A stretch of 64,000 nt of DNA, taken from the NCBI GenBank assembly GCA_036679665.1, contig JAZHEJ010000042.1, positions 4,137-68,136 on the forward strand, given 5' to 3'. The DNA comes from Candidatus Tethybacter castellensis. Lineage in GTDB: Bacteria; Pseudomonadota; Gammaproteobacteria; Tethybacterales; Tethybacteraceae. Under the pieces are notes generated by a model, which saw only the letters and a program-made list of their open reading frames with translations, did not search any database and was not told the origin of the DNA. The stretch's first letter is position 1. Every line of letters begins with the position of its first letter. Below are positions 28,764 to 37,418 of this stretch, piece by piece. Made by a program: the position numbers and the translations under genes.

Positions 28764-30163
28764 GGTTGATTACTAGACAGTGATTTTTGCTTCATATGGC
28801 AAAGAAAAGGCTTAGTGTCGGCAACTACCAGATCGCGATTCGCAAACCAGCCGCCGGCAAACGGTAACTTGCTGATTGTATTGGAGCGCCCGGCAATCCG
28901 GCGCAAAACCACTGACGCAATTCGAGTGGCGAGCCGGTAGATACGCGGGTGTGTTGTTGTGAACATCCATACTGCGAAGCATATGCGCTGTAACAAAGAC
29001 TCATCACCGGCAGCAACTTGATCCTCGCGCAAATTACGCATTAGATCCGGTAAAGGAATTTGCACCGGACAGTGGGCAGAACACGCTCCACACATGGTTG
29101 CAGCATGGGGTAAATCGTCGTGGCGATGACCAAAAAGCAACGGCGAAAGCACCGCTCCCATCGGGCCGCTATACACCGAGTTATAACTAAGTCCGCCGGC
29201 TATTTTATAGACCGGACAGTGATTCATACACGAACCGCAACGGATACAGCGTAACATTTGGTGGTATTTGCCGGCAAGAATTTTTGAGCGACCATTATCG
29301 ATCATGATGATGTGATAGTGAGCGGGATTGTTGCTTGCACGGGTACCGGTCATGAGGCTTACGTAGCTGGTGCTGTGCTGGCCAGTCGCAGCCCTCGGCA
29401 ACAACCGTAATAAGACGGCAAGTTCTTGCGGTGAAGGTATTACTTTTTCAATACCGGCAAGTGTGATACGCAACTTCGGCGCAGTCGCACAGAAAAAACC
29501 GTTGCCTTCGTTGGTTACGATTACCGCGCTACCGGTGGAGGCGAGCAAAAAATTGGCGCCGGTGATACCGATGTCAGCTTCGAGTAAGCGTGGGCGCAGG
29601 CGCAGGCGCGCTTCAGCCACTAGCTGTTCTTTGCTGTCACGGTTAGCCGGGCCATGGTGGGTGGCAAAAATTTCACTAACCTGCTCTTTGGTCATATGGA
29701 TGATCGGAGCAATAATGTGTGACGGACGCGAATCAGATAATTGCACTACATATTCGCCTAAATCGGTCTCGAGAACATCAACTCCGGCGTTGGTCATCGC
29801 GCGATTGAGTTCGATTTCTTCACTGAGCATCGATTTGGATTTGATTGCCGTACTAAGCTTGTGTTCACGGGCGATTTTTACGACTAACGCGCGAGCTTCT
29901 GCTGCATCGGCAGCCCAGTGCACAACAGCGCCGGCGGCAGTTGCGTTATGTTCAAATTGCTCTAGCAGCTTGTCTAGTCTACATAGCGCGTCTTGTCTTA
30001 TGTTCGCTCCGCTATCACTCCAAGCTTGGTAATCAGGATGTTGCATGGCTATGTCGGACTTCCCGAACACTCCCGAACGAGCGTGTTCCATCGCTGCTTT
30101 CAGGTTGGCATCGTCCACACCGTCGGCTATGCGGTTGGCAAAGGAAATCGGCGCAGTTTGCAT
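28760..30163 (-). CDS. lutB: Lactate utilisation iron-sulfur protein B (YkgF-like)
   Basis: LUD-like N-terminal part plus two 4Fe-4S motifs (CIRCGSCMNHCPVY and CGACSAHCPVQIP). Confidence 0.85.
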   Translation of the reverse strand: MQTAPISFANRIADGVDDANLKAAMEHARSGVFGKSDIAMQHPDYQAWSDSGANIRQDALCRLDKLLEQFEHNATAAGAVVHWAADAAEARALVVKIAREHKLSTAIKSKSMLSEEIELNRAMTNAGVDVLETDLGEYVVQLSDSRPSHIIAPIIHMTKEQVSEIFATHHGPANRDSKEQLVAEARLRLRPRLLEADIGITGANFLLASTGSAVIVTNEGNGFFCATAPKLRITLAGIEKVIPSPQELAVLLRLLPRAATGQHSTSYVSLMTGTRASNNPAHYHIIMIDNGRSKILAGKYHQMLRCIRCGSCMNHCPVYKIAGGLSYNSVYSGPMGAVLSPLLFGHRHDDLPHAATMCGACSAHCPVQIPLPDLMRNLREDQVAAGDESLLQRICFAVWMFTTTHPRIYRLATRIASVVLRRIAGRSNTISKLPFAGGWFANRDLVVADTKPFLCHMKQKSLSSNQP

Positions 30164-30888
30164 CAGTACGGAGCGATTAGCAACTGGGCGTAGTGCATAA
30201 CTGGCATCGCGGATCCTTTGCGACGCATTCTGCCTTCGATGTTAAGCAAACAACCAATGTCTCCCATCGCCAAAACATCAGCCTTGCTGGCCATGGCGCA
30301 GGCACATTTGGCATCGGCCATTTGTCCGGATGCGGCGCCGAACTTTACCGCGAAGGTTCCGCCAAATCCGCAACAAATCTCGGCATCTTGCATGTCTACT
30401 AGCTCGTGTCCGGCGGCAATAAGCAACTTGCGAGGCCCATCACGAATACCTAATTCGCGCAATCCGGCACACGAGTCGTGATATGCGATGAGTTTTGGTT
30501 GCGGATGAAGTTGCGGCGCAAATTCAACTTCGAGTAAGAATTGGGATAGCTCCATGGTTTTATCAGCCAGTTCCATGCACAGTTGCGCGCCGGGTTCGTC
30601 TTTGGCGAACAGCTTGGTGATATGGGTGCAGATCGCGCCGACACAAGAACCAGAGGGTGCCACCACTTTATCGCAACCACTAAATTCTGTCGCAAGCTTT
30701 TGCGCGAGTCGTTTCGCGTCTTCGCGCCGTCCACTGTTGAGCGCCGGTTGTCCGCAACAAGTTTGAGATGTTGGGATCAGTGGGTTAAAACCAGCCTGTT
30801 CTAATAATTTTTGCGTATCGCGAACCACATCCGGTCGCATCAAATCAGACAAACAGGTCGTCATTATTCCTACTCTTTGATAGCTCAT
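30163..30888 (-). CDS. lutA: Lactate utilisation protein A ((Fe-S)-binding CCG-domain oxidoreductase, YkgE-like)
   Basis: Two cysteine-rich CCG domains (QTCCGQPALNSG and EICCGFGGTFAVKF). The stop overlaps the lutB start (TGATG). Confidence 0.85.
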   Translation of the reverse strand: MSYQRVGIMTTCLSDLMRPDVVRDTQKLLEQAGFNPLIPTSQTCCGQPALNSGRREDAKRLAQKLATEFSGCDKVVAPSGSCVGAICTHITKLFAKDEPGAQLCMELADKTMELSQFLLEVEFAPQLHPQPKLIAYHDSCAGLRELGIRDGPRKLLIAAGHELVDMQDAEICCGFGGTFAVKFGAASGQMADAKCACAMASKADVLAMGDIGCLLNIEGRMRRKGSAMPVMHYAQLLIAPY

Positions 30889-31030
30889 GAACCTAGTACA
30901 TACGGAGTGTGGTTCGGCAATTCGACAAATTTACCCATGCAGCTATTTTAATTCTTGCTTTGTGATGACGCTTTTTATCGGTCGCAGTGTGCAATCACTT
31001 ATCACCTGAAGGCAATAAACCGCATATTTC

Positions 31031-31041
31031 TGATATATAAT
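31031..31041 (+). promoter_or_regulatory. Possible -10 region (TGATATATAAT, contains TATAAT) upstream of acpP
   Basis: Perfect TATAAT at about 31036-31041 in an AT-rich divergent intergenic region, 34 nt before the acpP GTG. I saw no convincing -35. Confidence 0.3.
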
Positions 31042-31074
31042 TTCGTTATTAAACAATATGTGGAGTAATTAAAA

Positions 31075-31326
31075 GTGGATGATACCCAAATCAAGGAAGG
31101 CGTAATCAATATCGTTTCTGAATTGTTAGGTAAACCAGCGGAAGAAATTTCGATAGAAAGTAAGTTTGTGGATGACTTGGGTGCGGATTCGCTAGATAAT
31201 GTTGAATTGGTAATGGCCATGGAGCAAAAATTTGAAATCGAGATTCCTGACGAAAAATCGATGCAAATTACCAGCGTTGGTGAGGCCATTAAGCACATCC
31301 AGGAGCATTTCCGGAACAAAGCTTAA
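31075..31326 (+). CDS. acpP: Acyl carrier protein
   Basis: [27 protein letters not shown] (phosphopantetheine Ser in DSL). GTG start, with GGAG 9 nt upstream. Confidence 0.9.
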   Translation: MDDTQIKEGVINIVSELLGKPAEEISIESKFVDDLGADSLDNVELVMAMEQKFEIEIPDEKSMQITSVGEAIKHIQEHFRNKA

Positions 31327-31328
31327 GG

Positions 31329-32573
31329 ATGCGGGGACGCCGGGTAGTTGTAACCGGCATAGGCATCGTATCTCCACTTGGTAACAGTAGCGAACGTGTC
31401 TGGCAGCAGCTAAACGCTGGCGTATCCGGAGTTTCTCGGATCGACCGTTTCGATCCGCAAGGTCATGTTTGCCAGATTGCGGCGCAGGTTTCTGATTTTA
31501 GCGATGCTAAGGCATTTAATCCGCGCTACGCTCGTCGTGCTGATCTGTTTATCCGGTACGCTGTCGCCGCGGCAGAAGAAGCGATTATCCACGCCGGTTT
31601 GAATTCCAGCGCGCACTTGGACAATGATCGTGCCGGGGTATTGATAGGCTCAGGGATCGGCGGAATGCCCATGATTGAATCTTGTCATTCGATTCTTGTG
31701 GAACAAGGACCCAAACGAGTGTCGCCGTTTTTTATTCCGAGTGCGATCATAAATCAGGCCGCAGGTTGGGTGGCGATGCTGTTTGATTTACGTGGCCCGA
31801 ATCTGGCGGTGGTAACCGCTTGTACCACAGGGTTGCATTGCATTGGCGATGCCGCTAGGACTATCGCTTATGGTGACGCTGAAGTGATGATCGCCGGTGG
31901 TAGCGAAGGCGCTATTACTCCGCTATCGCTAGCCGGTTTTGCTAGCACCAAGGCGTTAGCTTGCAGAAATGATGACCCGGCCCGCGCTTCTCGGCCGTTT
32001 GACTCGGGACGCAATGGATTTGTACTGGGCGAAGGGGCGGGAATTTTGGTACTAGAAGAAATGGACTATGCCAAAGCGCGAGGTGCGAATATTTACTGTG
32101 AAGTTTCCGGGTATGGGATGAGTTGTGATGCGCATCATATCACCGCGCCGCCACCAGATGGCAACGGAGCACGGCGTGCGATGGATAATGCGTTGCGCGA
32201 CGCGGAATTTGCGGTGCGCGATATCCAGCACGTCAACGCCCATGGTACTTCAACGCCGCTTGGCGACAAGGCTGAAACACGCGCGATCCGTGATGTTTTT
32301 GGTAGTCATGCCGATCAACTGGCGGTCTCCGGCACCAAGTCGATGACCGGACACTTGCTTGGAGCGGCAGGCGGAATTGAAGCGGTGTTTAGCGTACAGT
32401 CCTTAATTAAGCAGTGTGTGCCGCCGACTATCAACCTGGATAATCCTGATCCTGAATGCGATCTTGATTATGTCGCAGGTACCACGGGTCGGTCGATGGA
32501 TGTGAAGGCGGTTATGACCAACTCGTTTGGTTTTGGCGGGACCAACGGTTCGTTGGTTTTTTCTATTGTTTAG
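31329..32573 (+). CDS. fabF: 3-oxoacyl-ACP synthase II
   Basis: VVVTGIGIVSPLG N-terminus, active-site Cys (VVTACTTG), and His residues in CDAHHITAP and NAHGTSTPLGD; 414 aa. Confidence 0.9.
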   Translation: MRGRRVVVTGIGIVSPLGNSSERVWQQLNAGVSGVSRIDRFDPQGHVCQIAAQVSDFSDAKAFNPRYARRADLFIRYAVAAAEEAIIHAGLNSSAHLDNDRAGVLIGSGIGGMPMIESCHSILVEQGPKRVSPFFIPSAIINQAAGWVAMLFDLRGPNLAVVTACTTGLHCIGDAARTIAYGDAEVMIAGGSEGAITPLSLAGFASTKALACRNDDPARASRPFDSGRNGFVLGEGAGILVLEEMDYAKARGANIYCEVSGYGMSCDAHHITAPPPDGNGARRAMDNALRDAEFAVRDIQHVNAHGTSTPLGDKAETRAIRDVFGSHADQLAVSGTKSMTGHLLGAAGGIEAVFSVQSLIKQCVPPTINLDNPDPECDLDYVAGTTGRSMDVKAVMTNSFGFGGTNGSLVFSIV

Positions 32574-32602
32574 TCCATGACAGCCTGCAGCGAACGACTG
32601 TC

Positions 32603-35600
32603 GTGAAACTAATTAGCATCGTACTGTCTGGATTTAAGTCTTTTGCTGAGCGCACCGAAATCAAGCTCGACAGCGGCATCACTGCGGTTGTGGGCCCAAA
32701 TGGTTGCGGTAAATCCAACGTAAGTGACGCGGTACGCTGGGTCATGGGCGAAAGCCGTGCTAGCCGCCTGCGTCAGGATAACACTGCGGACATTATCTTC
32801 AATGGTTGTAGCACTCGTGCCGCATCCGACTGGTGTAGTGTTGAAATGCGGTTGCATAACGATAGCAAGCGTGACTTGGGAATGTGGAGTAATTATGCCG
32901 AATTGTCGATCCGCAGGCAGGTTGACCGCGGTGGAGACTCCAATTACTTTATCAACGGTCAGCGAGTTCGCCGACGCGATGTGACCGACCTGTTTGCCGG
33001 AACCGGTTCAGGAGCCCGTTCTTATGGCATTGTCGCTCAGGAACAAATTACTCATATCGTGCAATCCGATCCGCAAAATCTCAGGGCTTTGTTAGAGGAT
33101 GCGGCGGGAGTATCCACCTATAAAGAAAGGCGTAAGGAAACGGAACGAAGACTAGTGCACAGTCAGGATAATTTGGAACGTTTGGAAGATTTGGCCGGCG
33201 AGCTGCGTCAGCGAGTCAAAACGTTGGCCAAACAGGCAAAACTAGCGGATACGGTACGGCAAACCGAAGTGCAGCTCAACCATGTAAAGTGCCTTGAGTT
33301 GGTGTATCGTCTTGAGCAACTGCAAGAAATTAGCGCGTCAGCCAAAATTCAGCTGGATCAGGCAAGCGAAAAAAAAGGTGTCGTCCAGCAACAGCTTATT
33401 AACCAAGAAGATAAGTTGCGCCAAGCCCGTACGGTGCGTCAGCACAAGGCCGATAAATTACCAAAGCTGCAAGGTGCTCATTATGAAGCCTCGTCGGAAC
33501 TGGAAAGAGTCCGCCAGCAAATTCGCGAAGACGAAATTGTTCACCAGCAAAATCAACAGATGTACACTGATACTGAAGCTGCGATCAAAGTACAGCTAAG
33601 TTCAGAAAAACAGATTACCAATGATCTAAAAGACCTAAATACTAAAGTCGCAGCCGCGGCCGCGCAGCACGAGCAGACTGCTAAAGAGGAGCTTACTGCA
33701 AAACGATCGCTGTCCAAGTACCAAAGCGACTTTGCCAAGGCTCGTCAAAACGTCGAGTTACAGCAGATCACACTTAACAAGGCCATCCATTTTGAACGGG
33801 AAGCGACATCGACTAAAAAGCTTGCTGAACAACGTGAGACGGACAATAAACTACTGCTAGCTAGCGCCGAGCAAGAGTTGACTAATCTTGCGCCCGCGGA
33901 TAAATTCGACCAGCGCAGCCTTGAGGCACTAAGAGAATCCGCAGCCACGGCCAAACAAGAAGCTCAAAATTGCGCCGCTCGGTTGCAAAAGTCGCAAGAT
34001 GATCTACTTGAACTACGCGAAGAGTTTTATCGCTTCCAAAGCAAAATAGGCGGTATGAAAACCGAGCAGCAGTTGCTGGAAAACGTGTCCGGTGAGCATC
34101 AGCAACGCTATGGACAATGGCTCAAGGATAACAACATTACTAACACTTCGCGAATTGTTGAGCGAGCGCTTTTTGAAGCAGAAGGGTTAGAGTGTGCGGT
34201 CGACGCGGCTTTGGCGGTACTGTTGAACGGATTTGAAGTGGACGATCTTGCCAAATACAGCAAGTCTGAGGATTTGCCTGAAGGCTTGGTGCTGGTTAAC
34301 CCGAACGCATCTACATCGACCAACGCACGATATAAGGCGCACTCGCACATGCAGCTGTTGATCGATAAAATCACCTGCCCACAACTTTGGCAGGCGACCT
34401 TGGCCAACTGGCTTTCCGGTGTGTATCTTGCGGCGGATCATGCCACCGCTTTAGTCTGGCAAAAACAAATTCGCGCCGGTGAAATGGTAGTTACCGCTGA
34501 CGGACGCTGTTATTATCCGGCGGCGATCTGTGTGCCGGACAAACGCGGCTCAAAGTTACAATTGCAATCCCAGCTCAAGCGCGTTGCCAAACAGATCGCA
34601 GTAGCCAATGATAAATTTGTACAGTTGCAACAACGTCTGGATAATCAAAAAATAAGCTACGCCAAATTAGTTGCGCAAAGTAAGCAGCTAGCTTCGGTAC
34701 GGGAAAAAACGCAACAAAAACTTGCTGAATCAGAACGTGAGGCGATGCGATGTGCGCACACCAACCAATTTCATGCTGATCAAACCAAGCGGTTATCAGC
34801 TTCTATAGTCGGTGCTAAAGAGATGATTAAGCAACAAAAACAGTTGGCTGAACAAGCGTTTAGTGAACTTCAAAAGGCAAGCGGCGACGTGCAAGAAGCA
34901 AGCGACTTACATCAAAAGCTTGGCGTTGCGCTTGCGGACTGTGAAGCGCAACTAGAAGGCCAGCGTGAAGTCTGCGCACGGCTTTCCGCAGCTTTGCGTG
35001 AAAGTCAATTGTCAGCCACCCACGAACAACAACGGGTTGTCGATTTACAAAATCGGTTAAGTGAACATCGGCAACAACTTGCGGACAACAGGCAACGCAG
35101 TACGCAGATCAAAGCGCAGTTTAAGCTGCGTGACACCGATCGCTTTGAGCGCGAACTAAAAGCGGTGGAACGTAAAGTGGTCAAAACCAAGCAGGCGTTG
35201 GAAAAAATGGAGTATCAAGCGCAAGAAGCCAGCAAACAGGAAGTTATCGCAGAGCAGGAAATGACACAGATTCGTCAAGGTGTTGAGCAGCAATCGCAAG
35301 CCTGCCACCAATTGGAAATTGACTTCACAGGTCGCAGTTCGGAGGCGCGGGCGGTCCAGGCGCAGATCGAACAGTTCAACATTAACCCGCAGGATCTAGA
35401 AAATACGCGTCGGCAATGCGGTAACGCTGACCAAGCATCTCGGCTTGCTGAAAAGCTGCGGAGCAAAATCGATAACGTCGGGGAAGTCAACTATGCGGCC
35501 GAAGCTGAACACGTCGAAGCTCAGCAGCGTTTGGAGCAAACCCAAGTGCAGATGGATGACTTAGGCGAAGCCATGGAAGCTTTGCGTGTTGCAATTGGGC

Positions 35601-36109
35601 GGATTGATCAGGAGATGCTTGCGCGCCTCAAACAGGTGTTTAGCAACTTGAACCTGAGTTTTGACACATTGTTTAAAAATTTGTTTGAAGGCGGTAGCGC
35701 GGCACTGAATATGACCGGCGATAGCCTGTTAAGCGCCGGTTTGCGATTGGATGTATGCCCTCCAGGTAAGCGAGTTAGCAATATACAAGCTTTGTCCGGC
35801 GGTGAAAAAACGTTGGTGGGGCTAGCTTTTTTGTTTGCGCTAAACGAGCTGAATTCGCCGCCGTTTTGTATTCTTGACGAAGCTGACGCGGCGCTGGACG
35901 AGGCCAACACGCTTCGCTTTAGTCGGCTGGTTGACGCGATGCGTTCCAAGACGCAATTTTTGATTATTACTCACAACCGCGCGGTAATGGAAAATGTTGA
36001 GCGTATGATCGGCATTACGCAAGAGCAGAAAGGTATTTCCAAGGTGGTGTCTGTGAAAATGAAGTCTTTGTTGGATAATGCACACCAGGTTTCCGATGCG
36101 GTGGCCTGA
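32603..36109 (+). CDS. smc: Chromosome partition protein Smc
   Basis: Walker A (GPNGCGKSN), long coiled coils, signature motif LSGGEKTLV and Walker B (FCILDEADAALD); 1168 aa. Confidence 0.9.
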   Translation: MKLISIVLSGFKSFAERTEIKLDSGITAVVGPNGCGKSNVSDAVRWVMGESRASRLRQDNTADIIFNGCSTRAASDWCSVEMRLHNDSKRDLGMWSNYAELSIRRQVDRGGDSNYFINGQRVRRRDVTDLFAGTGSGARSYGIVAQEQITHIVQSDPQNLRALLEDAAGVSTYKERRKETERRLVHSQDNLERLEDLAGELRQRVKTLAKQAKLADTVRQTEVQLNHVKCLELVYRLEQLQEISASAKIQLDQASEKKGVVQQQLINQEDKLRQARTVRQHKADKLPKLQGAHYEASSELERVRQQIREDEIVHQQNQQMYTDTEAAIKVQLSSEKQITNDLKDLNTKVAAAAAQHEQTAKEELTAKRSLSKYQSDFAKARQNVELQQITLNKAIHFEREATSTKKLAEQRETDNKLLLASAEQELTNLAPADKFDQRSLEALRESAATAKQEAQNCAARLQKSQDDLLELREEFYRFQSKIGGMKTEQQLLENVSGEHQQRYGQWLKDNNITNTSRIVERALFEAEGLECAVDAALAVLLNGFEVDDLAKYSKSEDLPEGLVLVNPNASTSTNARYKAHSHMQLLIDKITCPQLWQATLANWLSGVYLAADHATALVWQKQIRAGEMVVTADGRCYYPAAICVPDKRGSKLQLQSQLKRVAKQIAVANDKFVQLQQRLDNQKISYAKLVAQSKQLASVREKTQQKLAESEREAMRCAHTNQFHADQTKRLSASIVGAKEMIKQQKQLAEQAFSELQKASGDVQEASDLHQKLGVALADCEAQLEGQREVCARLSAALRESQLSATHEQQRVVDLQNRLSEHRQQLADNRQRSTQIKAQFKLRDTDRFERELKAVERKVVKTKQALEKMEYQAQEASKQEVIAEQEMTQIRQGVEQQSQACHQLEIDFTGRSSEARAVQAQIEQFNINPQDLENTRRQCGNADQASRLAEKLRSKIDNVGEVNYAAEAEHVEAQQRLEQTQVQMDDLGEAMEALRVAIGRIDQEMLARLKQVFSNLNLSFDTLFKNLFEGGSAALNMTGDSLLSAGLRLDVCPPGKRVSNIQALSGGEKTLVGLAFLFALNELNSPPFCILDEADAALDEANTLRFSRLVDAMRSKTQFLIITHNRAVMENVERMIGITQEQKGISKVVSVKMKSLLDNAHQVSDAVA

Positions 36110-36111
36110 AT

Positions 36112-37416
36112 TTGATTCAATTGCAGTATCTGACTTTCATTATTATCATTATCGCGCCGTTTGTCATATACGGCGGATATCTGCTATGGCTACGTTCGGC
36201 AAATATGTCGCGTCGCGCCGCTAAGCAACAGCGAGGCGCAAAACCAGGACTCAAGATGCGTGTCTCAGAGCCGACCATGTCGACCACTGCCGCGCAAATT
36301 GAAGATGTCGGTCTTGAGCAAGAAAAACTCAACCCTAGCCAAGTTGTGCAACAAGAAGAAACGGAATCGGAAACAATGCAAGAACACGTTGCGGACGCAA
36401 GCTCGACAGCGCCGGTGGAGTTGCAGGATGATGCGAAACTAGATATTCAAGCTAGTCAACCTGACCAAACCGTACATGCTAGCGCAGCAAACGGTGATCA
36501 GCAGGTTACCGATTCGTCGGCTCAAGCTGATAAATCCAAAACTGAAAACGGAGATACCGCTAACAAAGGCGAAGAATTTCCAGCAATCGGATCTGATCAA
36601 CTAAACGACTTTTTTTATTACGTGGTGCGCGTCACCGTTCCCAAGAAAATTCATACCAAGGTTATTTGGCAACTAGCCCAGAAACTTGCCAAGCAAGCGG
36701 GGCTCCAGATGTATCAGCTGATGCTCGGGCATGATCCTGAGATCGGGGTATGGGAAAACCCGCGTCCGGACAAAAACTATCGTCATTTAGTGTGGGCGGT
36801 GCCGTTATGTAACCGCAACACGCATATTAGCGGTTCGATTATCGCTTCGGTCGTTACTGTCTTCCAAGATACGATGCGCAAGGTTGGCGGCATTGCTGAT
36901 TTCAGTTCGCAAAATGATATTCAAAAGCGCTTAGAGAAGGTTGATGAATTTTGCAATCATGTTGACCATAAAGTTACAGTTTATTTGCTTGCCAGTCGGG
37001 AAGATGAAGGTATGCCTCGCCGTTGCGGAGAAATAATTTCACTGGCACTTACGGAAAAAATTGAAGAAATCGACGGTAGTTTGCTACGCATGTCAAACGG
37101 CGAAGTCTGGTTCAGGCTATATGCCGGCAACGGCGAAGAAATTGTCAGCAAATCGCCGGATCGCAAGGTCGCCAGCTTGGTTTTGGAAATGGATTTTCCT
37201 CATGTTTCTAACACTGATGACGCGTTGCGGGAAATGTTCGCACTTGCCGGCAAGCTCGCCAGGGTACTGCGTTTTCGCCTAGTCGACGCTAGCCAGAACA
37301 CGATTGATGATGCTCATATTGAGGAAATTCAGCAGGAAATTATGGAGCTGCGCGAATATATGTTGCATCAAGGAGTACGCCCCGGCAGTAAACTTGCCCG
37401 CGCATTGTTTAGTTAG
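36112..37416 (+). CDS. zipA: Cell division protein ZipA (long form, 434 aa)
   Basis: Lies in the smc-zipA-ligA synteny block. It has an N-terminal TM helix, a charged segment, an acidic/Q-rich linker and a C-terminal region resembling the ZipA FtsZ-binding fold. TTG start 2 nt after the smc stop. Confidence 0.7.
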   Translation: MIQLQYLTFIIIIIAPFVIYGGYLLWLRSANMSRRAAKQQRGAKPGLKMRVSEPTMSTTAAQIEDVGLEQEKLNPSQVVQQEETESETMQEHVADASSTAPVELQDDAKLDIQASQPDQTVHASAANGDQQVTDSSAQADKSKTENGDTANKGEEFPAIGSDQLNDFFYYVVRVTVPKKIHTKVIWQLAQKLAKQAGLQMYQLMLGHDPEIGVWENPRPDKNYRHLVWAVPLCNRNTHISGSIIASVVTVFQDTMRKVGGIADFSSQNDIQKRLEKVDEFCNHVDHKVTVYLLASREDEGMPRRCGEIISLALTEKIEEIDGSLLRMSNGEVWFRLYAGNGEEIVSKSPDRKVASLVLEMDFPHVSNTDDALREMFALAGKLARVLRFRLVDASQNTIDDAHIEEIQQEIMELREYMLHQGVRPGSKLARALFS

Positions 37417-37418
37417 CC

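Noticed and set aside
30961-31010. CRP-like half-sites (TGTGA…, TGTGC…ATCAC) in the lutA/acpP divergent region. These were tempting given the nearby cAMP module.
   Set aside because: No TGTGA-N6-TCACA arrangement is present. The best pairing needs 8-bp spacing and has a poor second half-site.
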